Source of the DNA: Candidatus Bruticola sp.
Lineage (GTDB): Bacteria; Vulcanimicrobiota; Xenobia; Xenobiales; Xenobiaceae
DNA length: 64,000 nucleotides
NCBI GenBank assembly: GCA_051874695.1
Contig: JBJEGC010000027.1
Coordinates: 18,582 to 82,581 of the forward strand
Reading direction: 5' to 3'
Shown: positions 1-9,191 of the stretch, piece after piece
How the letters are laid out: every line of letters begins with the position of its first letter
Position numbering within the stretch: the first letter of the stretch is position 1
Translations under genes and position numbers: made by a program
Notes under the pieces: generated by a model
What the model was told of the DNA's origin: nothing
The model's input: only the letters and a program-made list of their open reading frames with translations
The model's database searches: none

Positions 1-1325
1 TCCAGAACACGATCCGGAGAGAGTGACTGCAGCTGGCTGTGCAGAAAATTTATTCGATTCATCTGATTCTGCAGACAGTTATCCAAACTGCGGTGCAGCC
101 TCTCTTGCAGTAGTTTTAAGGCAGTAGATCTTTGTTGGTGACAACGCAAGCAGGCTGCCTGTAGGCGCAGGAATTTTTCTTTGAGTTCTGCCTTTTTGCG
201 AGGAAGAGCGCGGCTTGGGCTGAGGAGAAGTAGTTTATCTTGCAAGCGCGCCAGAGAATGCAGGCGAAAATTTAGCTGCCCTTGCACTTTGCTCATTGTA
301 TCTTTGCGCAGGCGGCTGAGTAGTTCTTCGCGGTAAGACAGGCTGCGGCTGACTGCTACCATTAGTTTGTCCCGTTGCTCACTCAGTTTTTCCAAATATT
401 CGCGTCGCGTATGGTGGGAAACAATTTCGGCGGCTCTGGTAGGAGTGGAGGCCCGGCAGTCGGCAGCTAAGTCGACTAAGCAGTTGTCACCTTCGTGTCC
501 TACAGCTGAAATAATAGGCTTAGAGTAAGCCGCTACAAAACGAGTGAGTGCTTCGCTATTATAAATTTGCAGATCGCTTTGGGAACCGCCGCCGCGGCCG
601 ACGATAACGCAGTCTATATCGTTTCTTTTCTCTAGTAGGCTGAGAGCCTGCATAACGGAATATTCAGCGCGTTCTCCTTGGCACTGGCAGGGAGCTAAAA
701 CTATTTTTATATGTGGAGCGCGATCTTTCAAAGTGCGCCGTATGTCTTTTATGGCCTGACCGCTGGCTGAAGTGGCCACGCCGACTACTTTAGGGAACGG
801 CGGCAGAGCTTTTTTACGTTCCTGATCGAACAGGCCTTCGTTTCCCAGGCGGCGGCGCAGCTTCTCCAGTTCTTCGAGCAGCCGCCCTTTTCCGTAAGGT
901 ATAATGTTTTCCGTATCAAAATCGAGTTTGCCGTTTCGATTGTAAATGTTGAAACGTCCCTCTGCCACAACGGCTTGCCCGGAAAACAGCTCTTTTACCT
1001 TTAAGCGGCGTTTAAGAATGCGGTGTTCCCACATTTTGCAACTGATGACGCTGCCGTCAGTGATATCTTTTAATTCGAAATACAAGTGACGTCCGTTGTG
1101 GTGATTGATGCTGCCCAGTTCTCCGACAATGCAGAAGCGCATATCAGGACTGTCTTTAAAAAAATCGTTGAGACAGGTAATGACTTGACCTACAGGAACG
1201 GGCCTTTCGCTGGTACCAGTTAGACTTTCGGTGACAGATAATTCGGAATTGTCTGTTGAAGCTGAACTGCATTGCTCTTGAGCATTGCTGCTGCAGTTGC
1301 CGTATGAAGACGAGCGGACTGACAA
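1..1325 (-). CDS. xseA: Exodeoxyribonuclease VII large subunit (3' end runs off the window)
   Basis: Not in the ORF track. Manual minus-strand translation from TTG at 1325 (GAGG upstream) gives GRHLYFELKD, VIVGRGGGSQSDL, IISAVGHEGD and ASTPTRAAE, all XseA motifs. Confidence 0.9.
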   Translation of the reverse strand, partial: MSVRSSSYGNCSSNAQEQCSSASTDNSELSVTESLTGTSERPVPVGQVITCLNDFFKDSPDMRFCIVGELGSINHHNGRHLYFELKDITDGSVISCKMWEHRILKRRLKVKELFSGQAVVAEGRFNIYNRNGKLDFDTENIIPYGKGRLLEELEKLRRRLGNEGLFDQERKKALPPFPKVVGVATSASGQAIKDIRRTLKDRAPHIKIVLAPCQCQGERAEYSVMQALSLLEKRNDIDCVIVGRGGGSQSDLQIYNSEALTRFVAAYSKPIISAVGHEGDNCLVDLAADCRASTPTRAAEIVSHHTRREYLEKLSEQRDKLMVAVSRSLSYREELLSRLRKDTMSKVQGQLNFRLHSLARLQDKLLLLSPSRALPRKKAELKEKFLRLQAACLRCHQQRSTALKLLQERLHRSLDNCLQNQMNRINFLHSQLQSLSPDRVL

Positions 1326-1563
1326 ATTAACAAACCTCTGATTTTTTGCGTCTTGGGAGACGGACATAAACTGAGCCGGAGTAAAATGTACGGGTCGTTT
1401 TTCTGGTATTTTTATTCTAATACCTGCTCTAGGGGGCAATTACAGGCAGGATAAAGAAGAGGAGGAGTGAAGCTGAAGAACCTGGCGGGGACGGGTTCCG
1501 TTTTAGTTTTTGTTTTAATCGGCGCTCGGTCTCTATCGGGAAATGGAAGTTGGCTTTTGCAAT

Positions 1564-2637
1564 ATGCTAAACAAAGATTTTCTTAAACAGCTTACGGCAG
1601 TGCGCGGCGTTTCCGGCCACGAGAGAGAAGTTCAATCGGTATTCTTAGGACATATCCGTCACCATGCCGCCAAGCTGCACGCCGATCTTATGGGGTCTGT
1701 GTGGGGGGTTATTAATCCTGGAGCGCCAAACAGAGTACTTCTGGATTGTCATGCCGACGAGATCGGGTTTTTAATTCGTTTTATTTCTGAAGACGGGCTG
1801 ATTTATCTTCAGCCTGTCGGCAGTCACAGTGTCAAAACTGCCGTCTCCCAGCGCGTAGTTATAAAAAACGAACGCCATTGTGTTTATGGAACCGTCGGTA
1901 CTAAGCCCCATCATATGCAAAGTGCCGCTGAGCGCGGGGCCGTTCCTCCTATAACCGATATTTGGGTCGATATAGGAGCCAGGAACGGAGCCGAGGCCAG
2001 ACAAATGGTTAAACTTGGCGATCCGGTTAGCTATGTGTCTGAATTTACAGAGTTAGGCGGCCGCCGGGTCTCTTCTCCTGCTCTGGATAATCGGGCCGGT
2101 ATGTACGTGGTTGCCGAAGCTTTTGCCCGTCTGAGTTGCGGTTTGGAAAAAGTTGAACTTACGGCTTTGTCTTCTGCGCAGGAAGAAGTAGGCATGCGCG
2201 GAGCTGAAGCCGCTATACACAAAGTTAATCCGCAAGTTGCCATAGTTCTAGATGTCTGCCACACTACAGACACGCCTGGGTTAGATAAACGTTTGCTTGG
2301 AGATGTGTCCCTAGGAGGCGGACCGGTTATTGTGCGTGGGTCCAATACCAGTCCCTATGTCTTCAAAAGACTAGTAGATACTGCTGAGGGATTTGGTATC
2401 AAGTACCAAGTTCAGCCCTCTTCAGTTGTTACTTCTACCGATGCCGGAGTTATTCAAGTGGCTAACGGAGGGGTAGCCGTAGGCATAATTTCTATACCGA
2501 TTCGCTACATGCATACGCCTAACGAAGTAATGGAATGGTCCGATTTGGAGGCTGCTGTCGATCTTGTCGAAGCTTTCGTGCGCAGTTGTTCTTCAGGCAT
2601 AAGTTTGGGCGATTTTTGTGAGCTGTCTGTCAATTAA
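1564..2637 (+). CDS. M42 family metallo-aminopeptidase (TET/glutamyl aminopeptidase-like)
   Basis: VSGHE, LDCHADEIG, ALDNRAG, QEEVGMRGA, LDVCH and IRYMHTPNE motifs. Start is ATG 1564 or 1543. Confidence 0.92.
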   Translation: MLNKDFLKQLTAVRGVSGHEREVQSVFLGHIRHHAAKLHADLMGSVWGVINPGAPNRVLLDCHADEIGFLIRFISEDGLIYLQPVGSHSVKTAVSQRVVIKNERHCVYGTVGTKPHHMQSAAERGAVPPITDIWVDIGARNGAEARQMVKLGDPVSYVSEFTELGGRRVSSPALDNRAGMYVVAEAFARLSCGLEKVELTALSSAQEEVGMRGAEAAIHKVNPQVAIVLDVCHTTDTPGLDKRLLGDVSLGGGPVIVRGSNTSPYVFKRLVDTAEGFGIKYQVQPSSVVTSTDAGVIQVANGGVAVGIISIPIRYMHTPNEVMEWSDLEAAVDLVEAFVRSCSSGISLGDFCELSVN

Positions 2638-2719
2638 AATTGCGGCTGTTCCGCTTTAGGCTGTCGAATTCCTTATGTGTTGAGTTTGTAAAACTTAAGA
2701 ACTGGGAGCTTTAATTTTT

Positions 2720-3391
2720 ATGTTATATTTTATAGGCTTTATTGTTTTTGTTGTGGTTGCCGCCGTAGCGTATGCTACAATCAACACTTACAGCTATATG
2801 GGCGATCTTGAACACAATCTTGGCTTTACCAAGTCCAAAACTTCCTTGGACGGTTTTAGTGTCAAAGTTGTCGGCGTTTACCGCAATATCAATACTAGCG
2901 TACAGGCATTTGTTAACTTTACTCCCTGGAAAGCCAATAACAATCGAATAATTTTTACTTTGAGCCACCGCTCTTCTTTCAACGCTTCTATTACTCCTGG
3001 AGCAGGTTTGGCCGCTAAAGATCTTCAGGAAAAGCAGCGCATAGCTAAAGAAGAATCGGCTAAAAAAGTGTGGAATCCGAAATTAACTCAGGAAGAGCGC
3101 AGCATTATTGAAGAGCGCAGCAAAACCCGCGGCGATGATGAACCCGTTGTGCAGGAAGAGTTAAAGATACTTACCGCTTCTTCTCGTGAAGTCGACCACT
3201 TTTTGTCTTTGGAGGGGCGCAGAGAGGTGTTGGCTAATCTGTTCCGCAATGGCGTTTCTTCTGTTGAAATTTCTCGTTCCGATGTTTCTATGGAAATAAC
3301 TAACGGCACCGTAGAAGATCTGAAGAGCGGTAATATCGACAAGAATCTTAAAGAATTACAAAAATTTATTGTTCAAAAGCTGGAAATTTAG
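2720..3391 (+). CDS. Hypothetical protein with N-terminal membrane anchor
   Basis: 223-aa ORF with GGGAG RBS-like site, hydrophobic N-terminus, and a terminator downstream. Confidence 0.75.
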   Translation: MLYFIGFIVFVVVAAVAYATINTYSYMGDLEHNLGFTKSKTSLDGFSVKVVGVYRNINTSVQAFVNFTPWKANNNRIIFTLSHRSSFNASITPGAGLAAKDLQEKQRIAKEESAKKVWNPKLTQEERSIIEERSKTRGDDEPVVQEELKILTASSREVDHFLSLEGRREVLANLFRNGVSSVEISRSDVSMEITNGTVEDLKSGNIDKNLKELQKFIVQKLEI

Positions 3392-3418
3392 GAAAAAACA
3401 ATAAGCTTTTTGCCCGGC

Positions 3419-3460
3419 AAAAAGCGTTCCAGCCAGCTTTACTGGTTGGGGCGCTTTTTT
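3419..3460 (+). terminator. Rho-independent terminator
   Basis: AAAAAGCGTTCCAGCCAG-loop-CTGGTTGGGGCGC-TTTTTT hairpin with U tract. Confidence 0.75.
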
Positions 3461-3501
3461 GTCAAGAACGGTCATTACACAGGGAGATAAAGTTAGCAGC
3501 G

Positions 3502-4620
3502 GTGAGAAATAGATCGGCAATTTATGTAACGAAGGGATGGTTCAGGAGCTTATTTTTGGCTTTGGTTCTGTTGTGGAGTTTGTCCACTGTTGCCTTGGCT
3601 CAGGAACAGCGGTCACAGCAAAATTTTGCGGAACCTCCTGAAAACTCCGGAAGAGGATCTGACTCTGCAGAGAGTACAATCGATACTTCAGATTTTGCTT
3701 CACAGAATCAGTTTCTTGTGGTTTTGCTGGCTGTAGCCATTTTAGCTCTCTATACGTCTGTACGCTCAACCAAAACGGAACAGCATTTTAAAAATTTAGA
3801 AAAAATGTTTAACAGTACCGAGAATGGGCTGGGCGGAGTCACTTACGAATGTTTACAGTGGAACGATCTGTTTCGCTCTATAGAAGAAGGTTTGCCCGTA
3901 CTACCCGATTTCTGTTTAGATAGGCCGCGCCTGTTAGTTTTGGGATGCCAGGGTAATTCGCTGTTGCCTAAATTAAGTGAACTTTCTCGTAATAGCCGTT
4001 TAAATTTGCTGTTAAATTCTGCCCACGAAATTTTGAGTGAACCGACTCAGAAGCTGATCGTATTTTCCAGCCGTTTGGGAGTGCGTCAAATAGGCTGGGG
4101 ATTGTTGTCTTTGATCGGTCAAACCGACTTTAATAAACTCAGCAATACTGAGAAGGCTGAATTGTTGAGTAAGTTGGATATTGCTGATTGGGAAAAAAGG
4201 CTTTACAATTTCGCCGGCGGCAGCGCCACTATAAACGAACTCTACCGCATTTTGAGTAAATTGGCAGAAGACGGCTCCGACCTTACTCTTATTCTTGACG
4301 GCTGGGATTTTCTTCTTCCTGCTGAAAGCCACACTGCGAAAACTAATGCCGATAAGAAATTGTCTGATTGGCAGCATTTGGGACAAGAATTATCTGTACT
4401 TGCCAGCCGCAACCATTTGGGAGTTATTTTACTTCTTGATACTGCCGATGAAGCTTGGCAACAGCGCCTGTTTTGGGCTGCCGACTGGGCAGAAATAAAT
4501 ATAAGTGACTCGGGAAGCGAATGGAAAGCAGAGGGTCAGCTGACTGACTACGACGGAACTTTGAAACAGATTGAAGCGCACTGGCACTGCAATCCGGAAA
4601 GTGGAGCGTTGAGGCGGTAA
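3502..4620 (+). CDS. Membrane-anchored protein with a degenerate DnaB-like (RecA-fold) C-terminal domain
   Basis: Signal peptide (ALA-Q) and one TM helix, then segments that align by eye with the DnaB C-terminal domain. No intact Walker A. Confidence 0.6.
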   Translation: MRNRSAIYVTKGWFRSLFLALVLLWSLSTVALAQEQRSQQNFAEPPENSGRGSDSAESTIDTSDFASQNQFLVVLLAVAILALYTSVRSTKTEQHFKNLEKMFNSTENGLGGVTYECLQWNDLFRSIEEGLPVLPDFCLDRPRLLVLGCQGNSLLPKLSELSRNSRLNLLLNSAHEILSEPTQKLIVFSSRLGVRQIGWGLLSLIGQTDFNKLSNTEKAELLSKLDIADWEKRLYNFAGGSATINELYRILSKLAEDGSDLTLILDGWDFLLPAESHTAKTNADKKLSDWQHLGQELSVLASRNHLGVILLLDTADEAWQQRLFWAADWAEINISDSGSEWKAEGQLTDYDGTLKQIEAHWHCNPESGALRR

Positions 4621-4626
4621 CGTAGT

Positions 4627-5700
4627 GTGGCTGTAACTTCAGAAAAACACAAGGGGGGGCGCTTTAGCTTTCTTTTTACGGCTTCGTTGGCGGCAGTTCA
4701 AGTTGGCTTGCTTTTTTATGTGCTGCTTTATTTTACAATTTTTGCCGATGAGTCGAAAACTGAATTGGAGTATAGTGCCAATGACCGTTCTGCCAATCTG
4801 TTTTTTTCCGAGAGCGAACTGGCTAATACGGCTTCTGTGCTTACCGGGAATCAGTTTACAGGTCGCTTTGAGTCAAACCCTTTAAGCTTCAATTTAAATA
4901 GTCTCGACGGTAATATGGTTTGGTTCTTGTTCAAGCGCAAACCGCAGGCCGACAGCCCGCTTTCGCGTTGGCCTGCTCAATACATGCATCTGAAGGAAAA
5001 CAACCGTAAACAATTTCGGCAGGCAGTTACCGACGGGATTATCAATTTTCTTTACGATACTGGAACGCCTGCTTCAGTTGGAGAAGCCTGGAGCGGTTTT
5101 GTAGTGGAAACGTTGAACAGCTCTCCCTTTATGCCTTGGCAAAAAAAGCTCGATTTTGTAATAGTTTCCAATGTCGGGCGGCGCGGCGGTTACCGTTTTC
5201 TTAGCGGTCTAAATAAAAATATTATCTATATTTGCGCCGATATCAATATTGAAGAGTTTTGCAAGCATACGTCGCTTGATGTTAAAGATGACCCTCAAAT
5301 TATTACGGTACCTTATGGTATACATCCGCTTTTTGCAGGGGTTTGGGCTGTTGTTGTACCCAATGAAGATAAGCTGTTCGATTTAAATTTGTTGGTGCGA
5401 TGTCAAGATGGCCGCTTAGTGTTTTTTTGCGGATCCGGTAGCAGCAGCTTCCAGGAAAATTTTAGTTTAATTAAAAACGAGCTACATGAGGTTCCGTCTT
5501 TATTGATTGTCACTTTTGACGAAAAAGTTTGGCAGCGTAGGGAACGAGTGGGCGATACCTTGAAGAGGTTTGCTTCTGATTACAAGCATCTCGAGGTAAA
5601 ACTTTGTGGGGGAGTGAGTTTTTCTGAGTATGAAATTCTGCGAGGTGCTTTTGGAAACAGAGTATCCTGCAGCAGATTAGGCGAGAGGATCTCTCTATGA
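4627..5700 (+). CDS. Membrane-anchored protein with a degenerate MBL-fold (COG1237-like) domain
   Basis: N-terminal TM, FLYDTG, LDFVIVSN, and LLVRCQDGRLVFFCGS resemble the COG1237 scaffold. HxHxDH is absent. Confidence 0.5.
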   Translation: MAVTSEKHKGGRFSFLFTASLAAVQVGLLFYVLLYFTIFADESKTELEYSANDRSANLFFSESELANTASVLTGNQFTGRFESNPLSFNLNSLDGNMVWFLFKRKPQADSPLSRWPAQYMHLKENNRKQFRQAVTDGIINFLYDTGTPASVGEAWSGFVVETLNSSPFMPWQKKLDFVIVSNVGRRGGYRFLSGLNKNIIYICADINIEEFCKHTSLDVKDDPQIITVPYGIHPLFAGVWAVVVPNEDKLFDLNLLVRCQDGRLVFFCGSGSSSFQENFSLIKNELHEVPSLLIVTFDEKVWQRRERVGDTLKRFASDYKHLEVKLCGGVSFSEYEILRGAFGNRVSCSRLGERISL

Positions 5701-7715
5701 GCAAAAACGAGAGCAAAATGAAATGGCTGTTCGGTTTTTTTATACTGCTCAGCTTTGCGTCCTTTGTTTTTACAATATTTGGCGGTTTTAATTTTCCTTA
5801 TACTCAAGAGTATGCGGGCTGTCCAGGCAGTGAGTTGGAGGGCTGGATTTGGCGCTACTGGTGGGCTAAAAAAATGGTCTCCACCGCTTTTTATTGTGGA
5901 GCCTCTTTTCAGTATCTGTTTTGGTTGATCTCTGTAGCCGGATCCTATCCGGAGACGGGCAATTTATTCGATCTTTTTGTATTTTCCTGGCCTCTGGAGA
6001 CATTATTCGGAGCTCCTCTATATTTTAACGTTAAAGTTTTTCTGATTTTTCTGCTTAACGGATGTTGCGGTTACTTGCTAGGCTATTCTCTTTTCAAGAA
6101 TAGAGCTGCCGCTTGGCTTAGTGGGGCCGTCTTTATTTTTTCTCCTTATTGTATTATTGAGTTGGAAAGCGGCCGCATACGCCAAACCATAATTTTTCCT
6201 ATGGTTCTTTACTGTCTGTCCTTAATAAATCTGTACCGTCGACCTAGTCTACTGTGGATGGTATCTACCGGATTTTGGGGAGGTTTTTCCACTTTAATTT
6301 ATCTGTTTTACGGCCAGTCACTGTTAATTTTTACCGTTATTTATCTGTTGTGCAATTTAATTAGCGGCAATGAGGGCCAATTTACTAAACGTCGCTTCTA
6401 TTATTTACTGGGAGCCTGCTTGCTGACTATTCTTATCGCTTCTCCCTCCGGCATATCATATGCATCTATACTTTTTAGGGGCAACAGGCTACCCGAGCTT
6501 CTTTTGTTTACTAATTTTCCCACTCTCGATGTACTTATTTCTCCTCAGCCTGAAAGAATTTTGCAGCAGAACGATCCGCTGTTGAATTCTTTCCAGCGCT
6601 TTCGTTTTGATTCTTTGCCGTGGCAATATCCTTTCAGCCCTAGTTTTGCCCGCTGTATGCCTATAATGGTAACTATGCTCAGTTTAATTGCTTGCCCTTT
6701 GCTCTGGGGAGCCGGTTTTCTTTTGAGCCGTCAACAGGAGGATGATACCGAACAGAATACGGCCGCCGAACAGAAGGCCGCCGCCGAACCAAAGCAAATT
6801 TCTGCTGAGGCAGTCACTCAAAATGAGGAAGGGCAGTTCTCTTATATTACTGCCGTGCCTTGGATCATCAGTTTATTGTTGTTTTACTCTTTAACTTTAG
6901 GTCCTTATCTTTTAGATATAAACAGCGGAGATTACGTTAATAAGCTTGGTGGTGGTATCGGCACACCTTACCTCATATTTTTTAAGTATTTGCCCGCTTT
7001 TGCCCGTCTTTTCTCGCCGGTTCGCATGAGCGCTATGTTATTGATCGCTGCGTCAGTACTCTGCGGAGCTTCCGTTTATGCGCTGCACAAAGTTCATCAG
7101 CGGGCGCTGGTCAGTTGGATTTTAGTTTTGGTGGTAGTTGGACTGATTGGTCATGAAACTTTTTATTGTCAGGCCGCGCCGCTGTCCAGTTTTTATATAA
7201 AGCCACCTGCTTGCTACTCCAGATTAGCTAAAGAGCCCGGTCTATTTATTGTGGCCGAGGTGCCTATCCGCACGGGTGATTATCTGCAGTATTACCAGAT
7301 ATTGCATGGTAAGCGTCTCATGTTTGGATGGGCCGACGCAGCTATTCCGCCTAAATATCCTAAATCTGACTTGCAGTTGTTTACCAGAACTATCGATAAA
7401 TTGGAAGAAAACAGTTTCCTTAAGTTCATCGAACAGCTAAATGTCGATCCTAGCTCCGACATAGTATTCGATTATAACGATTATCAGAGTCTGGTTGATG
7501 AAGGTTTGTTGTACATTATTGTTCATGAGCGCAGCTGTTGGCAAATCGATCCCACATACGGCAAGGAGTTTTACGAAAGATACTGCGATACAATGGAAAG
7601 ATTATTCGGTCCTCCTTGCGATCAGGACACGGAAGTGACTATGGAAACGAACAAAATTCAATCGTACGAGTATTCTATTTCTATTTTCAGAATAGATAAG
7701 CTCAATATACCCTAA
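5697..7715 (+). CDS. Polytopic membrane protein, probable GT-C fold glycosyltransferase (YfhO-like)
   Basis: About 11-13 TM segments, AAWLSGAVFIFSPY, FARLFSPVRM and YYQILHGKRL patterns, next to a GT2 gene. Confidence 0.65.
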   Translation: MSKNESKMKWLFGFFILLSFASFVFTIFGGFNFPYTQEYAGCPGSELEGWIWRYWWAKKMVSTAFYCGASFQYLFWLISVAGSYPETGNLFDLFVFSWPLETLFGAPLYFNVKVFLIFLLNGCCGYLLGYSLFKNRAAAWLSGAVFIFSPYCIIELESGRIRQTIIFPMVLYCLSLINLYRRPSLLWMVSTGFWGGFSTLIYLFYGQSLLIFTVIYLLCNLISGNEGQFTKRRFYYLLGACLLTILIASPSGISYASILFRGNRLPELLLFTNFPTLDVLISPQPERILQQNDPLLNSFQRFRFDSLPWQYPFSPSFARCMPIMVTMLSLIACPLLWGAGFLLSRQQEDDTEQNTAAEQKAAAEPKQISAEAVTQNEEGQFSYITAVPWIISLLLFYSLTLGPYLLDINSGDYVNKLGGGIGTPYLIFFKYLPAFARLFSPVRMSAMLLIAASVLCGASVYALHKVHQRALVSWILVLVVVGLIGHETFYCQAAPLSSFYIKPPACYSRLAKEPGLFIVAEVPIRTGDYLQYYQILHGKRLMFGWADAAIPPKYPKSDLQLFTRTIDKLEENSFLKFIEQLNVDPSSDIVFDYNDYQSLVDEGLLYIIVHERSCWQIDPTYGKEFYERYCDTMERLFGPPCDQDTEVTMETNKIQSYEYSISIFRIDKLNIP

Positions 7716-7814
7716 TTTGCAGAACCTGCAGACAGCCTACAAAATTGGGGCAGGGCTCGAAGCAAGTAGCCGCGTAATTGCCTCGCAGTGCATAATAGGA
7801 AGTAGTGTGTCAAT

Positions 7815-8528
7815 ATGAGCAGAGCATTAGTTATTCTGACCTACGATGAAATAGAAGGCTCTAAAGCCCTTTGGGAGCGGTTGCCTCTAAACGATTTCGA
7901 TGAAGTTTTAGTGGTCGACGGCGGATCTTCCGACGGTACGGTAGAATTTTACAAAGATCATAATATTAAGGTCGTTGGTCAAGAAGTACGCGGTCGGGGA
8001 GAAGCTTTCCGTGTAGGTGTTCGCAACACTTCGTCTTCGCTGTTAGTATTTTACTCGCCCGACGGTAACGAAGCTCCTGAAGATATTGTTAAGCTTTGTC
8101 TTTGCATTGAAGGCAAAGAGGCTGATATTGCCATCGCGTCCCGTTTTATGAAAAATAGCCGCAACGAAGAGGATGATCAGTTTTTCCGTTTCCGCGCTTG
8201 GGTTAACAGAGCTTTTACTTTGATTGCTAATCTGCTCTTTAATAAAGGTCCCTACATTACCGACACCATTAACGGATTCCGAGCCGTGCGTCGTTGTGCT
8301 TTTGAAGTGTTGAATTTAGATGAGTGCGGTTTTCCTATTGAGTACCAAATGAGCATTAGGGCTATGAAAAAAGGGTTGCGCATTGTCGAAATTCCTACAG
8401 TAGAAGGCGATCGTCTGGGCGGTGAATCGAAATGTCTCTCTTTCCCTGTAGGTTGGGGGCATGTTAAAGTGTTAGGACGTGAAATTTGGAATAGTATTTG
8501 TGAATATGTTATCAATAATTTTAAGTAG
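7815..8528 (+). CDS. GT2 glycosyltransferase (polyprenol-phosphate glycosyltransferase/DPM1-like)
   Basis: VVDGGSSDGT, GRGEA, SPDGN, ASRF, TDTINGFRA and R.GGESK motifs. Confidence 0.9.
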   Translation: MSRALVILTYDEIEGSKALWERLPLNDFDEVLVVDGGSSDGTVEFYKDHNIKVVGQEVRGRGEAFRVGVRNTSSSLLVFYSPDGNEAPEDIVKLCLCIEGKEADIAIASRFMKNSRNEEDDQFFRFRAWVNRAFTLIANLLFNKGPYITDTINGFRAVRRCAFEVLNLDECGFPIEYQMSIRAMKKGLRIVEIPTVEGDRLGGESKCLSFPVGWGHVKVLGREIWNSICEYVINNFK

Positions 8529-8543
8529 GCTCAGGCAAAAGCA

Positions 8544-9188
8544 ATGATTTCTTTTATTGAGGGATTGTGCGTTTACAGCGGTCAGGGTCGAGTCGTTTTA
8601 GAAGTGGGCGGCATCGGATGTGAAATTTTTGTATCTGAACCTTTGGCTGCCCGATGCGCCATCGATAAGCATTATCGTCTGCAAACTCTGATGGTTGTGC
8701 GCGATAATGAAATTTTTTTGGTAGGTTTCGCTTCGCCTCTGGAGCGTGAATTCTATAAATTGCTTACCTCTATTTCTGGTATTGGTTCAAAGGCTGCCCT
8801 AAAAATTTTAAGTCAGCTTACCCCCCCCGATTTAGCTTCCTGCATTTTGGCCGATGACAGTAAATCATTAGTTAAAGTACCCGGCATTGGCGCTAAAACG
8901 GCTAAGCGCATCGTTCTGGAGCTGAAAGAAAAAATTGAGGATATGGTTAAAAGCGCTGCCTTGATTCTTGATGCCTCGGCTCAGCGAGAGACGGAGCAGG
9001 CAGAAAGTAAGTCAGTTGATAACGTGCTTTCGGGGCCCGCTTTGGAAGCTGTTTCAGTGCTGATGGGATTGGGCTGTTCCAAAGAGGAAGCTGAAAATGC
9101 CGTTCGGGCTGCCCTAAGCAGCGGTGCAGAAGCCGATTCTTCCAGTCTAGTTATGGCTGCAGTAAGTGAGTTGGGAGGCGTACAGTAA
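8544..9188 (+). CDS. ruvA: Holliday junction branch migration protein RuvA
   Basis: MISFIEG start, HhH motifs ISGIGSKAA and VPGIGAKTAKRIVLELK, C-terminal domain III. Confidence 0.96.
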   Translation: MISFIEGLCVYSGQGRVVLEVGGIGCEIFVSEPLAARCAIDKHYRLQTLMVVRDNEIFLVGFASPLEREFYKLLTSISGIGSKAALKILSQLTPPDLASCILADDSKSLVKVPGIGAKTAKRIVLELKEKIEDMVKSAALILDASAQRETEQAESKSVDNVLSGPALEAVSVLMGLGCSKEEAENAVRAALSSGAEADSSSLVMAAVSELGGVQ

Positions 9189-9191
9189 CTT

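Noticed and set aside
6750-6790. Short GGCCGCCGAAC repeat in the GT-C gene (TAAEQKAAAEPK)
   Set aside because: Only two imperfect copies in a low-complexity loop; ordinary local duplication.
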